Of a stretch of DNA of 64,000 bases, positions 19,492 through 32,547 are shown in pieces; position 1 is the stretch's first letter; every line of letters starts with the position of its first letter. The translations under genes and the position numbers were made by a program. Location: assembly GCF_009914755.1 (NCBI RefSeq), contig NC_060931.1. One strand, written 5' to 3'. The notes beneath the pieces were generated by a model. It was not told the origin of the DNA. It was given only the letters and a program-made list of their open reading frames with translations, and made no database searches. Origin of the DNA: the human T2T-CHM13v2.0 reference genome, Homo sapiens.

Positions 19492-19574
19492 GTATGTATA
19501 CCACATTCTCTACTACCACCATGGATAATAGAGTGAATCTGAGTTCATTGAGGTGAAGGTGGATGAACCATCTT

Positions 19575-19735
19575 TTATAATTCTTACACATTATAAAAAT
19601 GTATAACATTCTTATAAGTTATACATTCTTATAATTTATATATACAGTATTAAAATTGATATACACAGTATTATAATTTATAATTATACATTCTTGTAAT
19701 TTATATATACATTCTTATAATTTATAAGAATGATA
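19575..19735. repeat. AT-rich degenerate minisatellite (cattcttataatttatatata-like units)
   Basis: Several related units, ending in an 11-bp-arm palindrome. Confidence 0.8.
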
Positions 19736-20216
19736 AAAGATCCAGTTTTTTATAGAATAATGGTAGAAGTTGTCTCCAAGGCTGCTTTATTTTAAGAAGA
19801 CTTACTGAATGTTGTAAGCAGCTAGTTGGTGTATTTGTAACATAAGATACGATTGCCAGAATCCTGGCCTCATGGTGCAGGTGTAAGCATGTAAGTGTGT
19901 AAGCATCTCTGCCCAGGGAGGAAAGTATGGAGGAGGGCAGAGGGCATGGCTCTCCTTCCCACTCATGAGGCCTTCTGACATATCTTCTCCAAACTCTGGA
20001 CCCTAGTCTTGATATATGGTTCTTACTTAGTATATCTCAATTTTTTTTTTCTTTAGGCACTAGTTCAGATCGCCATTTATAGTTCTTAATTTATGCTTTA
20101 CATCTTCCTCTACTCTTTTGTTAGGTCCTTTGTCGAGGTGCACTGATGACATAGAAATGGTCAACCAAGAAAAGTCTTCAAGAGGCAACCCTAAGCCATT
20201 ACTATGATTCCCTTCT

Positions 20217-21135
20217 TACGTAATGTTTTTAATCAGTGATTCTTCTGGCATAATAAATATATTTGGCCTTTGGCTCTGACTCCTGGCACAGAGCCCCTAA
20301 GACCCTTGGAGCTTCCTGAGTGGGAGGAATGTCTTTTATTGGTCACAAAGAGTTTCTTTTGATCACATCCAACTTAGGGCGAAACCCCTAGAAAGCCTCA
20401 AAATGAGGCTGGTCACCAGAAAGACCAAATGATGAGAGGGTTGGAATCTTTTACCCCACCTACCAACCTCCTAGAAGGGAAGCAGGGCTGGAGATTAGGC
20501 TCTATGAAAATTCCTGAATGACAAGAGTTGATAAGCTTCTGAGTTGATGAACACACAGAGGTGCTAGGTTAGTGGCATCCCCAGAGAAGGTATAGAAACT
20601 GTGTGCAACTACTCCCCCGGTGCCTCCCATCATGCCTTTTCCTATGCATTTCCTCCTTTTACCTGTTCCTGAATGTATCCGTTGTGATAAACCACTAGAT
20701 ACAAATAAAGTACCATCTTGAGTTCCCTGAGATACTCTAGCAAATTATTGAACCCTAGGAGAGGTTTGTGAGAACCCAAGATTTAAAGCTGGTTGGTCTG
20801 AAGCATTGATGGGTTGGACTTATGATTGGCATCTGAATTATGATTTTGGAACTGAGTCCTTCACCTGAAGGGTTTTCACTAACTCTGGGTAGTTAGTATC
20901 CAAATTGTATTGAATTGTTGGATAACCAGTTGGTGTGTAGAAAGTTGTAGAGTTGCTTTACTCCCAAACTTATAACATCCTTCTTTTTGCCATCCTAATT
21001 GGTATGAACAGTTTTACTAGTTGTACAAGTCAGTGATCCTGTTCATCATCCTTGGCTTCACCCTGAACTCCTCATCAGGTAAAAACCTGAACATTTGGTG
21101 TCAGAAATGCTGTGATTAGAGGGATCGTTATTTTC
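20217..21135 (+). mobile_element. MER21-like solo LTR, interrupted at 20956-21079
   Basis: tcctggcacagagcccctaagacccttgga...gctggtcaccagaaagacc...acatttggtgtcagaa. Confidence 0.8.
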
Positions 21136-21419
21136 CCTACTCTGATTATAACATCAAACTACGCTTATCAAATTTACAGATGACACAAACTTGGAAGGAA
21201 TATCTAAGGACATTATGGAAAGGTTAAAAAGGATTTGAAGAGAAATGAAACTATCTGTATTCAAGCTTCCTTTCTACCACTAACTAGTGGGACTCAGTTT
21301 TCTTATAAAAGAGTAATGTTTGGCCCTGGGAGTTGAGTAAACTGCTCATACAACTAGGGACTAGTGAGTGACTGAAGCATAATCAGAGCCTAGGTATATT
21401 TGCCTTAGCTTTTAACCAG

Positions 21420-22070
21420 AATATCAGAGTGGTCCAAGCAGGAAATTATGCACCTGAAATAAGGCAATGGCAGTGATCATGGAAAGGGATGACACAGAAA
21501 AAGACTCAAAGGACTTTGAGGTACAATGTTCCCTGGTAAAAGCTAAAGAGAAGGGCCTGAAGAATTCAGGTTGAAGCCAAGGATGATAACCAGGATCGCT
21601 GGCTTGGACGACTAGTAGAACGGTTCTATCACTTAGAATGGCAAAAAGAAGGATGCAAACATTTGGAAGTAAAGATAAATTCTATTATAAATGTCAAAAA
21701 GGAGATTTCAACATTCCTTATGTAAACACCTTGTATATAATTGGGTAAATAGGTCTAAACTTCAGAAGAGATAATTTGGGAGCACCAATACAGCATTAGC
21801 CGTGGCAACAATAGTCAAAACTGTACATATGAATGAGAGTGCACAGAATGAGGAACCAGCAGTACCAACCAAGCAGTGAGGGACAGCAGCATTAAGGAGT
21901 GGACAGAGGAGACAGAGACACAAATGAGACTTAGAAAAAGCAGGTAGAGGGATCGGCAGAGAAGCACAGGGCACGGAGTCTATAGAAGCCACCAGAGGAG
22001 AGAGAGAGGGTCAAGCAGTTGCAGAATTTGGCAAAGGAGGATATAAAGACTCATCGAGATTACTAGAAGT
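21420..22070 (-). mobile_element. L2 fragment
   Basis: aaggcaatggcagtga...agccaaggatgata...cagaagagataatttgggagcacc...gaatgagagtgcacag. Confidence 0.65.
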
Positions 22071-22893
22071 GTTCTCCTTTTGGCCACTGGCCAGACCTTG
22101 TTCACTTCTTGCCCCTTGTTCATCTCATTGCCCATGGAACTAACCAGTGATCAGTTCTCAAGACTTTTCCACCAGTATCCTCACTCAGGAGTGATCTCAC
22201 CAGCTGCCTCAGTATCTCAGAAAGTTCCCCTATGGTCAGCTGGCTTTGCTGTTCACAACATGTTTCAAAACATGAGATTGACATGTTTTAAAAAAGCTGT
22301 TCTCAGCTGCCCTCTCCTTATTAAGGTATACCATGACATGGCTTTGGCAATAGTTAATGCAGAAATACTAACAAGAAATGAGAACATTGTTATTTGCTTC
22401 AAGGTAAATAAGAGTTGGCAGAGTAATAAAGCTGCTCAAATACAATGTTCGGATGATCTTACCTCACATTAATGAAGAAGGGCCAAGAACACGGGAAATA
22501 ATAGCCGTATTTTCTTCTACACTGGTTCAACTATATGTACTATGATGCGCTCTATTCTGGGTACCAAACTTCAAGAAAAATAATTCATTTGAAGATACAG
22601 AAAAGAGGGCAAAACGGAAAACATTCTATAAGTGTTTTTGTGTATTTGTTTTTAATGATGAAGTTATCCATTATAGCAACAAGTTGGACACATTTTCAGA
22701 AAGGAAGGCTCCTTTCTGCTTTCTTCATCATTTCTAAAAATGCGGATATTTTTACTTACCACTCAGAAAATGCCTGATTAACACCTGGAGAGGTTCAGTA
22801 CTGGCAATCCAAACTGTTTAGCAGGGCCTCCTGGGAAGAGCAGAGAAAATAGCTGAAAAAAAAGAGAAAATAATTCTAATACAGTAATTATCA

Positions 22894-23186
22894 GGTCGAG
22901 CATGGTGGCTCATGCCTGTAATCCCAGCACTTTGGGAGACCAAGACAGGATAATCACAAACTCTGAAGTTCGAGACCAGCCTGACCAACATGGTGAAACC
23001 CCGTCTCTACTAATAGTACAAGAATTAGCCGGCTGTGGTAGTGCACACCTGTAATCCCAGCTACTCGGGAGGCTGAGGCAGGGGAATCACTTGAACCTGG
23101 GAGGCAGAAGCTGTAGTGAGCCGAAATCATGCCACTGCGCTCCATCCTGGATGACAGAATGAGACTCCACCTCAAAAAATAATAAT
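22894..23186 (+). mobile_element. AluS
   Basis: Full dimer; TSD-like taattatca on both sides. Confidence 0.92.
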
Positions 23187-25189
23187 CATCATAATTATCA
23201 ATGTGGGTTGGTTTCTATTTATTTATATAGGTGGATTTTTCATAAACAGATTTGGAAAACACTGGCTTAAAAACATGCAATTTTCATGAAGCAGGGCCTC
23301 CTGCACAGTCTTTAATATACAAGGGATACATTAAATGTGAATGTGCAAGGGACACAGTTTCTCAAATTTATTTGACCCTTTTTGGACTGTCTTGAGGCCA
23401 TAGTGCTCCCCAGAACACACATTGGGAAACTGATCTAGGAAGTGAAAAGAGAAGAAGGAAGTGGTAGCACAAGCCAACACAGATGGAACTTGTTGACTGA
23501 CTGCCACATAAAGTTCCTGTTCCAGAGAAAACAGAAGGCATAGTGATGACTACAGAGAGAATACTGATAAAAGGCAAAACTTGATGGTGAGAACTCTCAG
23601 CGTTCTGATTCTTATCTAACACATTCACATTTTTATATTTATTTCCATTGATCCATGGTAAGTCTAAATGAAAGGCACTTTAGGCATAATAAGTAAGCAT
23701 TAAAATCATAAAATAGACAAAAATAAAATAAAAACTTAGTATATTGTCATTGAATGCTAACAGCTACAGAATCTGAATTTGCTTGAGAGCTGCATACAGA
23801 AAATGAATCCTTTTAAACAACTTTCTATAATAAAAGAACCAAACGACTATTGAAGATAGTAGTAAATTTTACTTAAATTTTTGAAATATCATACTTGTTC
23901 ACTTTGGAGAGATGACTAAGTAAATATAATTGACCTAGAAATAAGTACATTGGGAAGTTTTCATATTTTTAATAATCCTATATATTTTTTCAAAATAATT
24001 GGTTAATCGATTTATCCTAGTTCTTCTTTATTACCTACTTAGAGACCTCTGTACAAATATGTGCTTGTTAATCACATAAATAATGCCATAAGTAATGGAA
24101 AATGCTGGTGATTTTTAGCAAATAGAAAATAGTAAAAATACAGGCAGTCATGGACTAGAGTATAGGCATAACTGTTAGGCACAGGTAACAATATTTAGGA
24201 CCCAAGTCATCGGTCCAGGGATGTGTGGCTAAGATGGAAGAGGTAAAACAGGGCCCTTCACATCAAAGCAGACTTGGATCCATGATGAGACACAATTGTT
24301 TTCTGTACGCCAAAGCCATGAAAATCTTTCAAGGGCTCATGTGCTTGAATTCCTTGAACTCAGTTTCCTGCTAGAATCTCTGCATTTTTCAGTCCTACTC
24401 CCATCTTGACTGCCATCCCAAAGGAAGATGTGTCTAACTCTGGTCCTCTCAAAGCTAATGTCTTAATCCAACACTTCTATTCTCCCCTTTGGTACATCAA
24501 TCCATCTTTTGTAGTTATTCTATCTGCCTCCTCCTTCCTCTTCAACTTTTAATGGGCTCTGATTTCCTTAACTTCACAAATATGCAAATACCAAATAAAA
24601 CCCCAATCATCCCTTGACTTTGCCTTTTCTTCACAGGAATTGCTTGTCTCTTTCTTCACTTAGTGGGTGAAATTATTGGAAAAATAACCAATAACTGTTG
24701 ACTGTAGTTCTTCCCTTGCCATTTATTTCTTAGGGAAGCATTCTGGCTCTTATTATCATCTCTAATAACAACAATAATGGAGTAACAGGCACTTATAACC
24801 ATAAATGCATTCCATAGAAGATAGAAATTGTTATACAGTTGGCCTTTTCTTCTGAAAAATCTCAGTGGGTTTGGTTATGTTCTTTTGGAGACAAGACTAG
24901 AAGTGAACTGATCTGCACAATTTGGAGATCAAGAAGGTAATTCTAGAGGAAAGGAATAGCAGAGCAGGGAAGCTGAGAAGGAGCCAGTGAGATTGAGAGT
25001 AGATAACCCTCTCTGCAGTGTGACTCCCTTACTGTCACCCCCAGCTGTCTAGCAAATCTAACTGAATAACATGCATACCATGAATAAGCATGTTCGTGTG
25101 TGAAAACGAGGGAAGGGCTAGTTTTTCTCTCCCAGGTTAGTGTTGGTAAACAAAGATACATATAGGGATATTCTCATTACATATGTCTA

Positions 25190-25385
25190 CCTCCCTTACT
25201 GTGGGTCTTATTTAATAAAAGAATGTTTCTTCAGCGTTTGTTATCCAAACACTCATTTTATTTTCACAATAATCTCACAGAGTACCACATGCTATTATCC
25301 CTATTCTGCAGATGAGGAAATTGAAGCTCAGAGAGTTTAAGTGGCTTGCCAAGGCCTACAGAACCAGTAAGTGGCAGGAATTCAT
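25190..25385 (-). mobile_element. MIR
   Basis: ctattatccctattctgcagatgaggaaattgaagctcagagagtttaagtggcttgccaagg (MIR core). Confidence 0.85.
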
Positions 25386-26899
25386 ATTACCTTGTACTTA
25401 GTAGGTATTCAGTTTATATTAAATTTACCTAGTTTGAGAGGCAGCATGCATTTTAGTGAATTGGATTGTGAGTATATTCATCAACTCTTGTTCTATGGTA
25501 GGATACTGTCTTAAATCTAATATACAAGCAAGGACTCATGCTGAGTTAATGCTTCTAATAGAATAACCTAGAAATTTATTATTTTACTGTGGTGCTGTCA
25601 GCACTAGAAAAACTTTATTTGATTTCTGTTTTTCTCATTTTTGCTGCAAATAAAGAGAATAGCCTCAGGAAGGTGATTTGCCTGTCATTTGATCTTTATG
25701 AAGAAATTACATATAATTAACTTATTTCATTTTTAGTAAGCTACTAATTAGGTGCTTCGTTGAGATTCCAAAGGATTAATTTTCTGGCTTCCAGCATGGA
25801 AGTAAAAAAGAATCCACTATCATAGAGAAAACAAAATCATCAGGAGTTCTTGAGCCCCCAAAGAAAATAAATGATTGAACAAAAGAATAGCAATGGGAGG
25901 CTTTAATCTGAGCATTTAAAGAGAAACAGAGACTGAGGAAATCTTGCGATCAAAGCCACCAAATGAAAAGAGAAATAAATTATTTATTTAGCAGAGGGTA
26001 ACATTTATCTTCGTGATACTTATTTTTCTTAGAAATCAAACCCATCCTCTCTATTGTGTCATAATATTTTAGATTTCACAGCATGGATTACTGTACTCTT
26101 TTATTTTTAAATTAAGCCTTATTATTCCCAACAGGCAACTTAACATTTAATATCTGAAGGTCATTGCTGTACAAATGTGATGTGAAAAAAAATTTAGCAG
26201 CTGTATCATATTATACTAATCAGAAAGGAAGGAAATAAAGAACAAACAGCAGTGTAAGATGGCTGCAGTGTGGATGAGTGAGATGGACTAAGCAATTAAG
26301 TATTTTGTTGCAGAGAGAATCTGACTGTGTATTGTTTTTCTCAAATTTTCAGCTTGTATTAGGTAGAGTCAAAGAGAATATAGAAGTGTTGAGAATTAGG
26401 ACAAAATTCAGTTTATCTTATATGACCTTCATTTGTGGAGTAAAAAGAACATATTTCAGAAGACAGATATGCTAGCTCTTGAATACTAGGTGATTTTAAT
26501 AGTATTATGATAATTTTATTAGAGATTACTTACAATCAAGAACCTGAGGGGTTTGCTGTTGTTGTTGCCATTGTTGTTTTTAGGAATGTTCACAGAGGTC
26601 ACATTTTCCAACCTTAGAGTTTTGCTGCTTGATTTCTTTTGTATTTGTAGCTTACGTGGAAGCAGCACCATGCTCAGCACAAGAAAAGCCTTTCAACAGG
26701 AGTTTAAGCACAGCTATATGCAAGTGAAATTAAACAGAAAACAATCCCAATAGTCCTATTCTTCATAAGACCTTAAGACACTTGGGGTTTGGTTTAATTT
26801 ATTGAAGTCTCTCACTCTTTTAGCATATGGGTGATAATAGTCAAGAGAAATTATTTACCATCATCTACTGATGAAAATTGTAGGTGGAAGAGACCTTGG

Positions 26900-27035
26900 A
26901 ATCCTTCTAGGATTGGTAAGAACATGAAGGTTTGGGGAGATGAAATCTTGCTAAAATTATAGAGCTAGTTAGTGGCAGAGACATGATTAGAGTCCAGGAC
27001 ATTAAATATCTAGTTCAGTCCTCTTTCCACTGCTC
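26900..27035 (-). mobile_element. MIR fragment
   Basis: agagctagttagtggcagagacatgattagagtccagg...ctctttccactg. Confidence 0.65.
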
Positions 27036-27419
27036 ACCTCTGAGTCTCTGCTCCCTCAATGCTAGGACCCAACTATTGATTATCTCTTGATTTTTAAAGT
27101 GTAAGACCATGGTACTGTTTTTCATAGCCACCTACAATTCTCTAGAACTCTATGGAAAATTTCACTGGCATTTTATGATACCAACCATGGAAATTCCCTC
27201 TCAATTCAAAAGGGACATTGGCAGAATTTTATAATTAAGGGCCATGTCTAGTGTTATCAGCCAAGTTATGTCCCCCACCAGCTTAAATTTTTTTAACCAA
27301 AATGTCCTCTATATACTGCAGGAGATAGGGAAGATTATCAATTAGGGAAATGGTAAGAAAATATTAAAACTTTTATTTTTATAAAATTTACCAATATCAT
27401 GCACCCACATCAGTCCACT

Positions 27420-27820
27420 TGCATAAGTCAAGAGTGATAAAATATTTACACAACAATTTCAGTGAAGCAATTTTATTACTCACAGATAGGTAGCAAAAGA
27501 CAAGGGAAGGTTAGGATGTATGGTGAGCCAGCCCCCACTAAGGCACAGGAAAACTGCCAAGGGCAGATGAAGTCTCATCTGTGCATATTCTGTGTTGCAC
27601 TGCAGCTGAGGGCCCCCCAAAGCACATACTGCCCTGGGTTTTATACCCAGGGGCAATGGAATTGCTGAGGTAAAGCATTTCAGGACACCCTGTTCTGGGA
27701 ACAATGGGAACAGAGTTCCAGCCTGTTCCTTCATGTCTTCAATGTTGCATTTCCAATGTATTCTACAGTTACTCTGAGAACTACAAGTGAGAAAGGGGCC
27801 ATATGGGGACCTGTCCTGCA
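27420..27820 (-). mobile_element. ERVL solo LTR, LTR47-like
   Basis: Minus strand tgcaggacaggtcccc...cttgtagttctcagagtaactgtagaat...gggtataaaacccaggg (TATA)...aataaa...tgca. Confidence 0.75.
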
Positions 27821-28336
27821 GTGCTGTGTGTCTTTTAAGTTAGGGTATGCAATATAAAAAAAAGTTTGAACAACAATATCTTAAAACCCCTTTTAGAAAG
27901 TCAGCTGTAGTCATGAAAAGGAGTGATTCTAAGGTCTCTACAAATTGTTATCACAAAATACCACATAGTCTCCATCACAACTCCTTAGGTCTCTGTAAGT
28001 TGTCATCACAAAACAACAAAAACAAATCCTATTTGAACCCTCTGCCATTTCTAGGATGAGCTTGCTCATTATCTCTGAAGATTTACATGGAGTATTCAAA
28101 GCCTGCAGGGTGGCTCCAATTAGTATCCATTTTGAGCATTGGAATAGAAGAAAAATAACTCTAGTCATCAGTAAAATGTCCTTAAATAGTTGACCCCTGA
28201 CCTTACTGATAAAATTTTTAAATCTACATGTCAAGAGAACTGACCTTGACCTTGACATTTGATGGGGCACTGCATCTGAGTGGTTAGAATTTGATTTGTG
28301 GTTTTATATTTAGTCTGGAAAAGATGAATAGGCTAC

Positions 28337-28610
28337 TGTGTTAGTTAGTTCTCACATTGTTATAAGGAAATACCTGAGACTGGGTAATTTATAAAGAAAA
28401 GAGGTTTAATTGACTCACAGTTCTGCATGGCTGGGGAGGCCTCAGGAAACTTACAATCATGGTGGAAGGGCAACTCTTCACAGAGTGGAAGGAGAGAGAG
28501 AATGAATGCCAGCAGGGGAAATGCCAGGTGCTTATAACCATCAGATCTCATGAGAACTCACTATCACGAGAACAGCATGGGATAAACCACCTCTATGATT
28601 CAGCTACCTT
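28337..28610 (-). mobile_element. THE1/MST MaLR LTR, truncated (THE1D-like)
   Basis: aaatacctgagactgggtaatttataaagaaaagaggtttaattgactcacagttc...ccatcagatctcatgagaactcactatcacgagaacagcatggg. Confidence 0.9.
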
Positions 28611-29474
28611 GAAATTTTAAAAACTTGAAATTTTTAGCCTAAGTATTTCTTTTCCTCATGTAAAAATTCACAGAATCAAATAAAATTACAGTGATTGTCT
28701 TAATCACCTTTGAAGAGCAAGGGCAGTCTACACTGATTTTTTTAAACCAAATATAGAACATAAGAAGAAAGAGTGCTGTTTATTTTATTGTGAAGTAAAT
28801 GCCCTGGTGATTGTTAATAAGTCAAAGAGAAGTGGTTTTGTCACAGAACTGTTAGAATTTAAGTAGTATATTATTAAAGCCTATTAGATCACCATACTCC
28901 TTTTCAAATTTTTAATAGTAAGGTTTCAAGTCTAATTTAAACTGAAAACGTTACAGAGAATAACTAAAACATTTTAGGAGACTTTTTTCCATACTAATTA
29001 GCATTTTAAATCAGCCTTTCAGAGTACAGGAAAAAAAACTCCATAAAATTTTATTTTTATTAAGTGAAAACTAAATATTCTGCCAACACAAATATTTGCT
29101 AATATGTATACACATGTGTATGTAGATATATAAAAAGTTTGGAAGGACAGGGGCCAAACAGAAAATGGGGGTCTTGAAGAGGGCTGGGGGTAGGGGGAGC
29201 TCATATTTATCATGCTTCTGTATTATTTGAATACTTTTTCATGTACCATTTACTTAATTAAAAATTAATAAAATCATCTTAAGGTACTTGTATCTGTATT
29301 TTAAATATATTTATTCAAATGTATTTTAAATGCTGCCTTACAAGAAATACAAACAGCTTCATATAAACAATTCTATCATCATTGAAATGTCTACTTCGAC
29401 AAATTTTGAATTCACATTCATTGTTTTTAAATAAGTTATATTATTTGTTATTTGTAAACAATAACTATTGTTAT

Positions 29475-29897
29475 TGCTGTGGTTTGGATGTGATTTGCTT
29501 CCAAAAAAAATGATATTAAAATTTAATCCCCTATACATCAGTGTTGTGAGGTGGGGCATAGTGGAAGATTTTTGGATCCATGGGGGCAGTTTTCTCATGA
29601 CTAGGTCACCCTCCTGTGGGGGTGTGTGGATTCTGTTTTGCAGGAATGGATTAGTTCCCATAACAGTAGGTCATTATAAAGAATATGAATTCTTCTTTCA
29701 TTATGTGAACTCTTTGTGTATGTCAGCTCCTCTTCTGCTTTCCACCATGAGTGGAAGCAGCACAAGGCCCTCACCAGACACAGCTGCCCAGTCTTGAACT
29801 TTGCAGCCACCAGAATCCATGAGCCAAATAAACTTTTCCCTCATAAATTACTCAGCCTCAGGTATTCTGTTATTGCAGCACTAAACAAACTAAGACG
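29475..29897 (+). mobile_element. MST-type MaLR solo LTR
   Basis: tgtggtttggatgtg...ggaatggattagttccca...ggccctcaccaga...ctcaggtattctgttattgcagcactaaacaaactaagac. Confidence 0.85.
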
Positions 29898-31149
29898 AGT
29901 ATTAAAAATAAAATATTCATATGTGAATATTGTAAAAATTATAAAAGAAAAAATTAAATATTCTGTGTATACAGAAATCTGAGTTTAATCAAAGCAAGAA
30001 TTTTTTTTTCCTTCAGAATGTAATAATAATCATTTAATGGGCTTATTTCCAAGTTTTACTTCTCTAAAATCAAACAGTAGGTCCAATGAATGTAATGTGC
30101 TTGGCATATCCTCAAAATAAATTTGCCCATTTGAGAACATCATAGAGATAATCCAGTAAATTGGCCAAAGAGGTCATAGTAAGTGAAAAGGCCTAAATTT
30201 GAACTGAGTCAGCTTAGCTTGGAAGCTCTTGCTGTCTCTCTCAGATAAAAGCTCCTGCACTGCAGTAAGCAGCTGCATCTACATAAGTGCTGGACTTTTC
30301 ATGTCCAGCTAATCTACCACATTCACTCTGTCACCAATGGCACTGGACACATTCTGATTCCACCCTTTCTGTTTCGCTTTGGCTAATAGATCCTTTTCTA
30401 GCCTGCATTTACATAAGAGATAAAGATACTATCCAGTAGTAACTTTAACCTGAAGGTACAGAAAACAATTCTGTGTGTCCATTATGTTTGAATATCATGT
30501 ATACCCTGTCAAAGGGCAGCTTCCCTTACTCCTAAGTTTAAGGGAATCTGCTCACTGGTCCCCTCACATGCAACAAGGTTGTTCTCTTAATGTATGCTAG
30601 AAAGGAACCATATTTTAGCACAAATATGTGTCCTTTATGTAAAATGTCACACTTTTAAATCACAAAATACATACCCCCAAGCAACTCCAATCATAGGAAG
30701 CTCTTCTATAGATGATTTTCTGTGCTTTTTATTTTTATATTCTGTAGGAATACTCTTTAACCAGATAATCTCATTGGTTCAGCCAGTACCCAGGCTTCTA
30801 GATGCTACATTTGCACATACTAAGCAATTTATCTTGGTCGTGGACATGTTCAACTCATCTCCTCATAGTATCTTTTGCACTTGGAGAAGTAGGAGCTCCT
30901 TGTCAACCTCTAGCCATTAAAGAGTCTTCTGAAGTTTATCTTATATGTCCTAAAAACACTTATATGTCCTAAAAACAGTGACATATTCTGTCATTGTAAC
31001 AAATAATGGTAATTATTCATTTTCTTTCATATATTTAAATTGGGATAAAGTTTAAACTACCATTTCACACTATTTTTTCAACACTCTCTCCACATTATTG
31101 ACAGTTCAGCTATGATACAGTATACAATCACTATCTTTTTGACTATTGT

Positions 31150-31368
31150 CTAAATACTGCTTGCTCTGTCAGAAATGACCTCCTATCTATCTCCTGAGGT
31201 TCAGTTTCAATGCCTCACTTCCTATGACCTTACTCTCCCCAGCTCTCATCAGCTGCCACCGCTAGATGCTCCTCCCTCTAGGATTCCATAAGAATTTGTT
31301 CATATTTCTATTAACACATTTATTATACTACTTGAGACTAGTTATAGACATGCCTGCCTCTTCCAGCA
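31150..31368 (+). mobile_element. L2 fragment
   Basis: tcagtttcaatgcctcacttcct...atttctattaacacatttattatact. Confidence 0.5.
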
Positions 31369-31369
31369 T

Positions 31370-31370
31370 T

Positions 31371-31421
<51 letters not shown>

Positions 31422-31424
31422 CAT
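31370..31424. repeat. (TG)n(TA)n microsatellite
   Basis: Directly visible. Confidence 0.95.
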
Positions 31425-31504
31425 ATATTTATATTATAAATATAGCTCTAGTTTCTGGGGGAGAATATCTGCTCCATTGCAGCCATGTAAAAATTGTATG
31501 TAGA

Positions 31505-31788
31505 CAAGAACAGAAAACCAAACACTGCATGTTCTCACTCATAAGTGAGAGTCGAACAATGAGAACACATGGACACAGGGAGGAGAACATCACATACCGG
31601 GGCCTGTCAGTCGGTGGAGGGCTGGGGGAGGAATAGCGTTAGGAGAAATACCTAATGTAGATGATGGGTTGATGGATGCAGCAAACCAACATGGCATGTG
31701 CATATCTATGTAACAAACCTGCATGTTCTACACATGTATCCCAGAAATTAAAGTATAATAAAAATAATTTAAAAAATAATAAAAAGGG
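31505..31788 (+). mobile_element. Short 5'-truncated L1PA 3' end
   Basis: caagaacagaaaaccaaacactgcatgttctcactcataagtg...aaagtataataa; 16-bp TSD aaaaa(t/c)tgtatgtaga at 31489-31504 and 31789-31804. Confidence 0.92.
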
Positions 31789-32073
31789 AAAAACTGTATG
31801 TAGAGTGAATAAATAGATTAAAAATGGAATTGTCTGAGAAGTTGGTTGAACTTCTTATGAACTTTTTTCACAACTTATTTAGGTTGATACAACATGGACT
31901 TCAAGAGCCTGAGGTTTTAGAATCAGAAAATATCTGATATGAGCTGAGACTTTTATTAGCATTGAGAAATTGGCTAAGACTTGTTAGGATGATCTTGATC
32001 AGTATCATCTGATGATTTTTTTTTAATATACAACTCCTACCCCAAACCCAACAAGGTTCTAATCTAGGCTATC

Positions 32074-32079
32074 ACACAC

Positions 32080-32116
<37 letters not shown>
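32074..32116. repeat. (CA)n microsatellite
   Basis: Directly visible. Confidence 0.95.
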
Positions 32117-32118
<2 letters not shown>

Positions 32119-32210
32119 TGCTACAACACATCTAAATATAAGAAACCATTTATTCATCTTAAAAGTTGACTTACATTAATAGTAATGCATTAAGTATATA
32201 CATTAAGAAC

Positions 32211-32547
32211 TGTCTTAATCAGTTTAGGTTGCTATACATTGCCATAGACCATGAGGCTTAAACATCAAACATTTATTTCTCACAGTTGTGGAGGCTATAA
32301 CTTCAAAATCAGAGCACCAGCATGGTGGAGTTCTTGATGAGGGTACTCTTCCCGGTTTACAGATGGCCAGCTTCTCACTGTGTTTTCACATGACTGAGAG
32401 AGACTGGAAGCTTGCTGGCATCTCTTCTACTAGGGACACTAAACCTGCCATGAAGGCTACACTCTCATAACCTAATTATATCCCAAAGGTCCCATCTCCA
32501 AATCCCATCACATTTGGGATTTCAACATATGAATTCAGTTCATAGCA
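32211..32547 (-). mobile_element. MLT1A-like solo LTR
   Basis: ggcttaaac...atttatttctcacagttgtggaggct...cccaaaggtcccatctccaaat...atttcaacatatgaatt. Confidence 0.85.

Larger units (their letters stand above)
18330..22620 (+). mobile_element. Fragmented L3/CR1 LINE (pieces near 18.45-18.6, 18.87-19.0, 19.15-19.2, 21.15-21.25 and 22.4-22.6 kb)
   Basis: Colinear CR1 motifs: gatttttcagcaaggtctttgacaaa (DFSKAFD-like); 21164-21199 translates LIKFTDDTNLEG (CR1 RT LIKFADDTKLGG); ttctgggtaccaaacttcaagaa. Confidence 0.65.

Noticed and set aside
30940-30977. 19-bp perfect tandem duplication (similar short ones near 4495-4535 and 59356-59395)
   Set aside because: Ordinary slippage-type duplications with no further structure.
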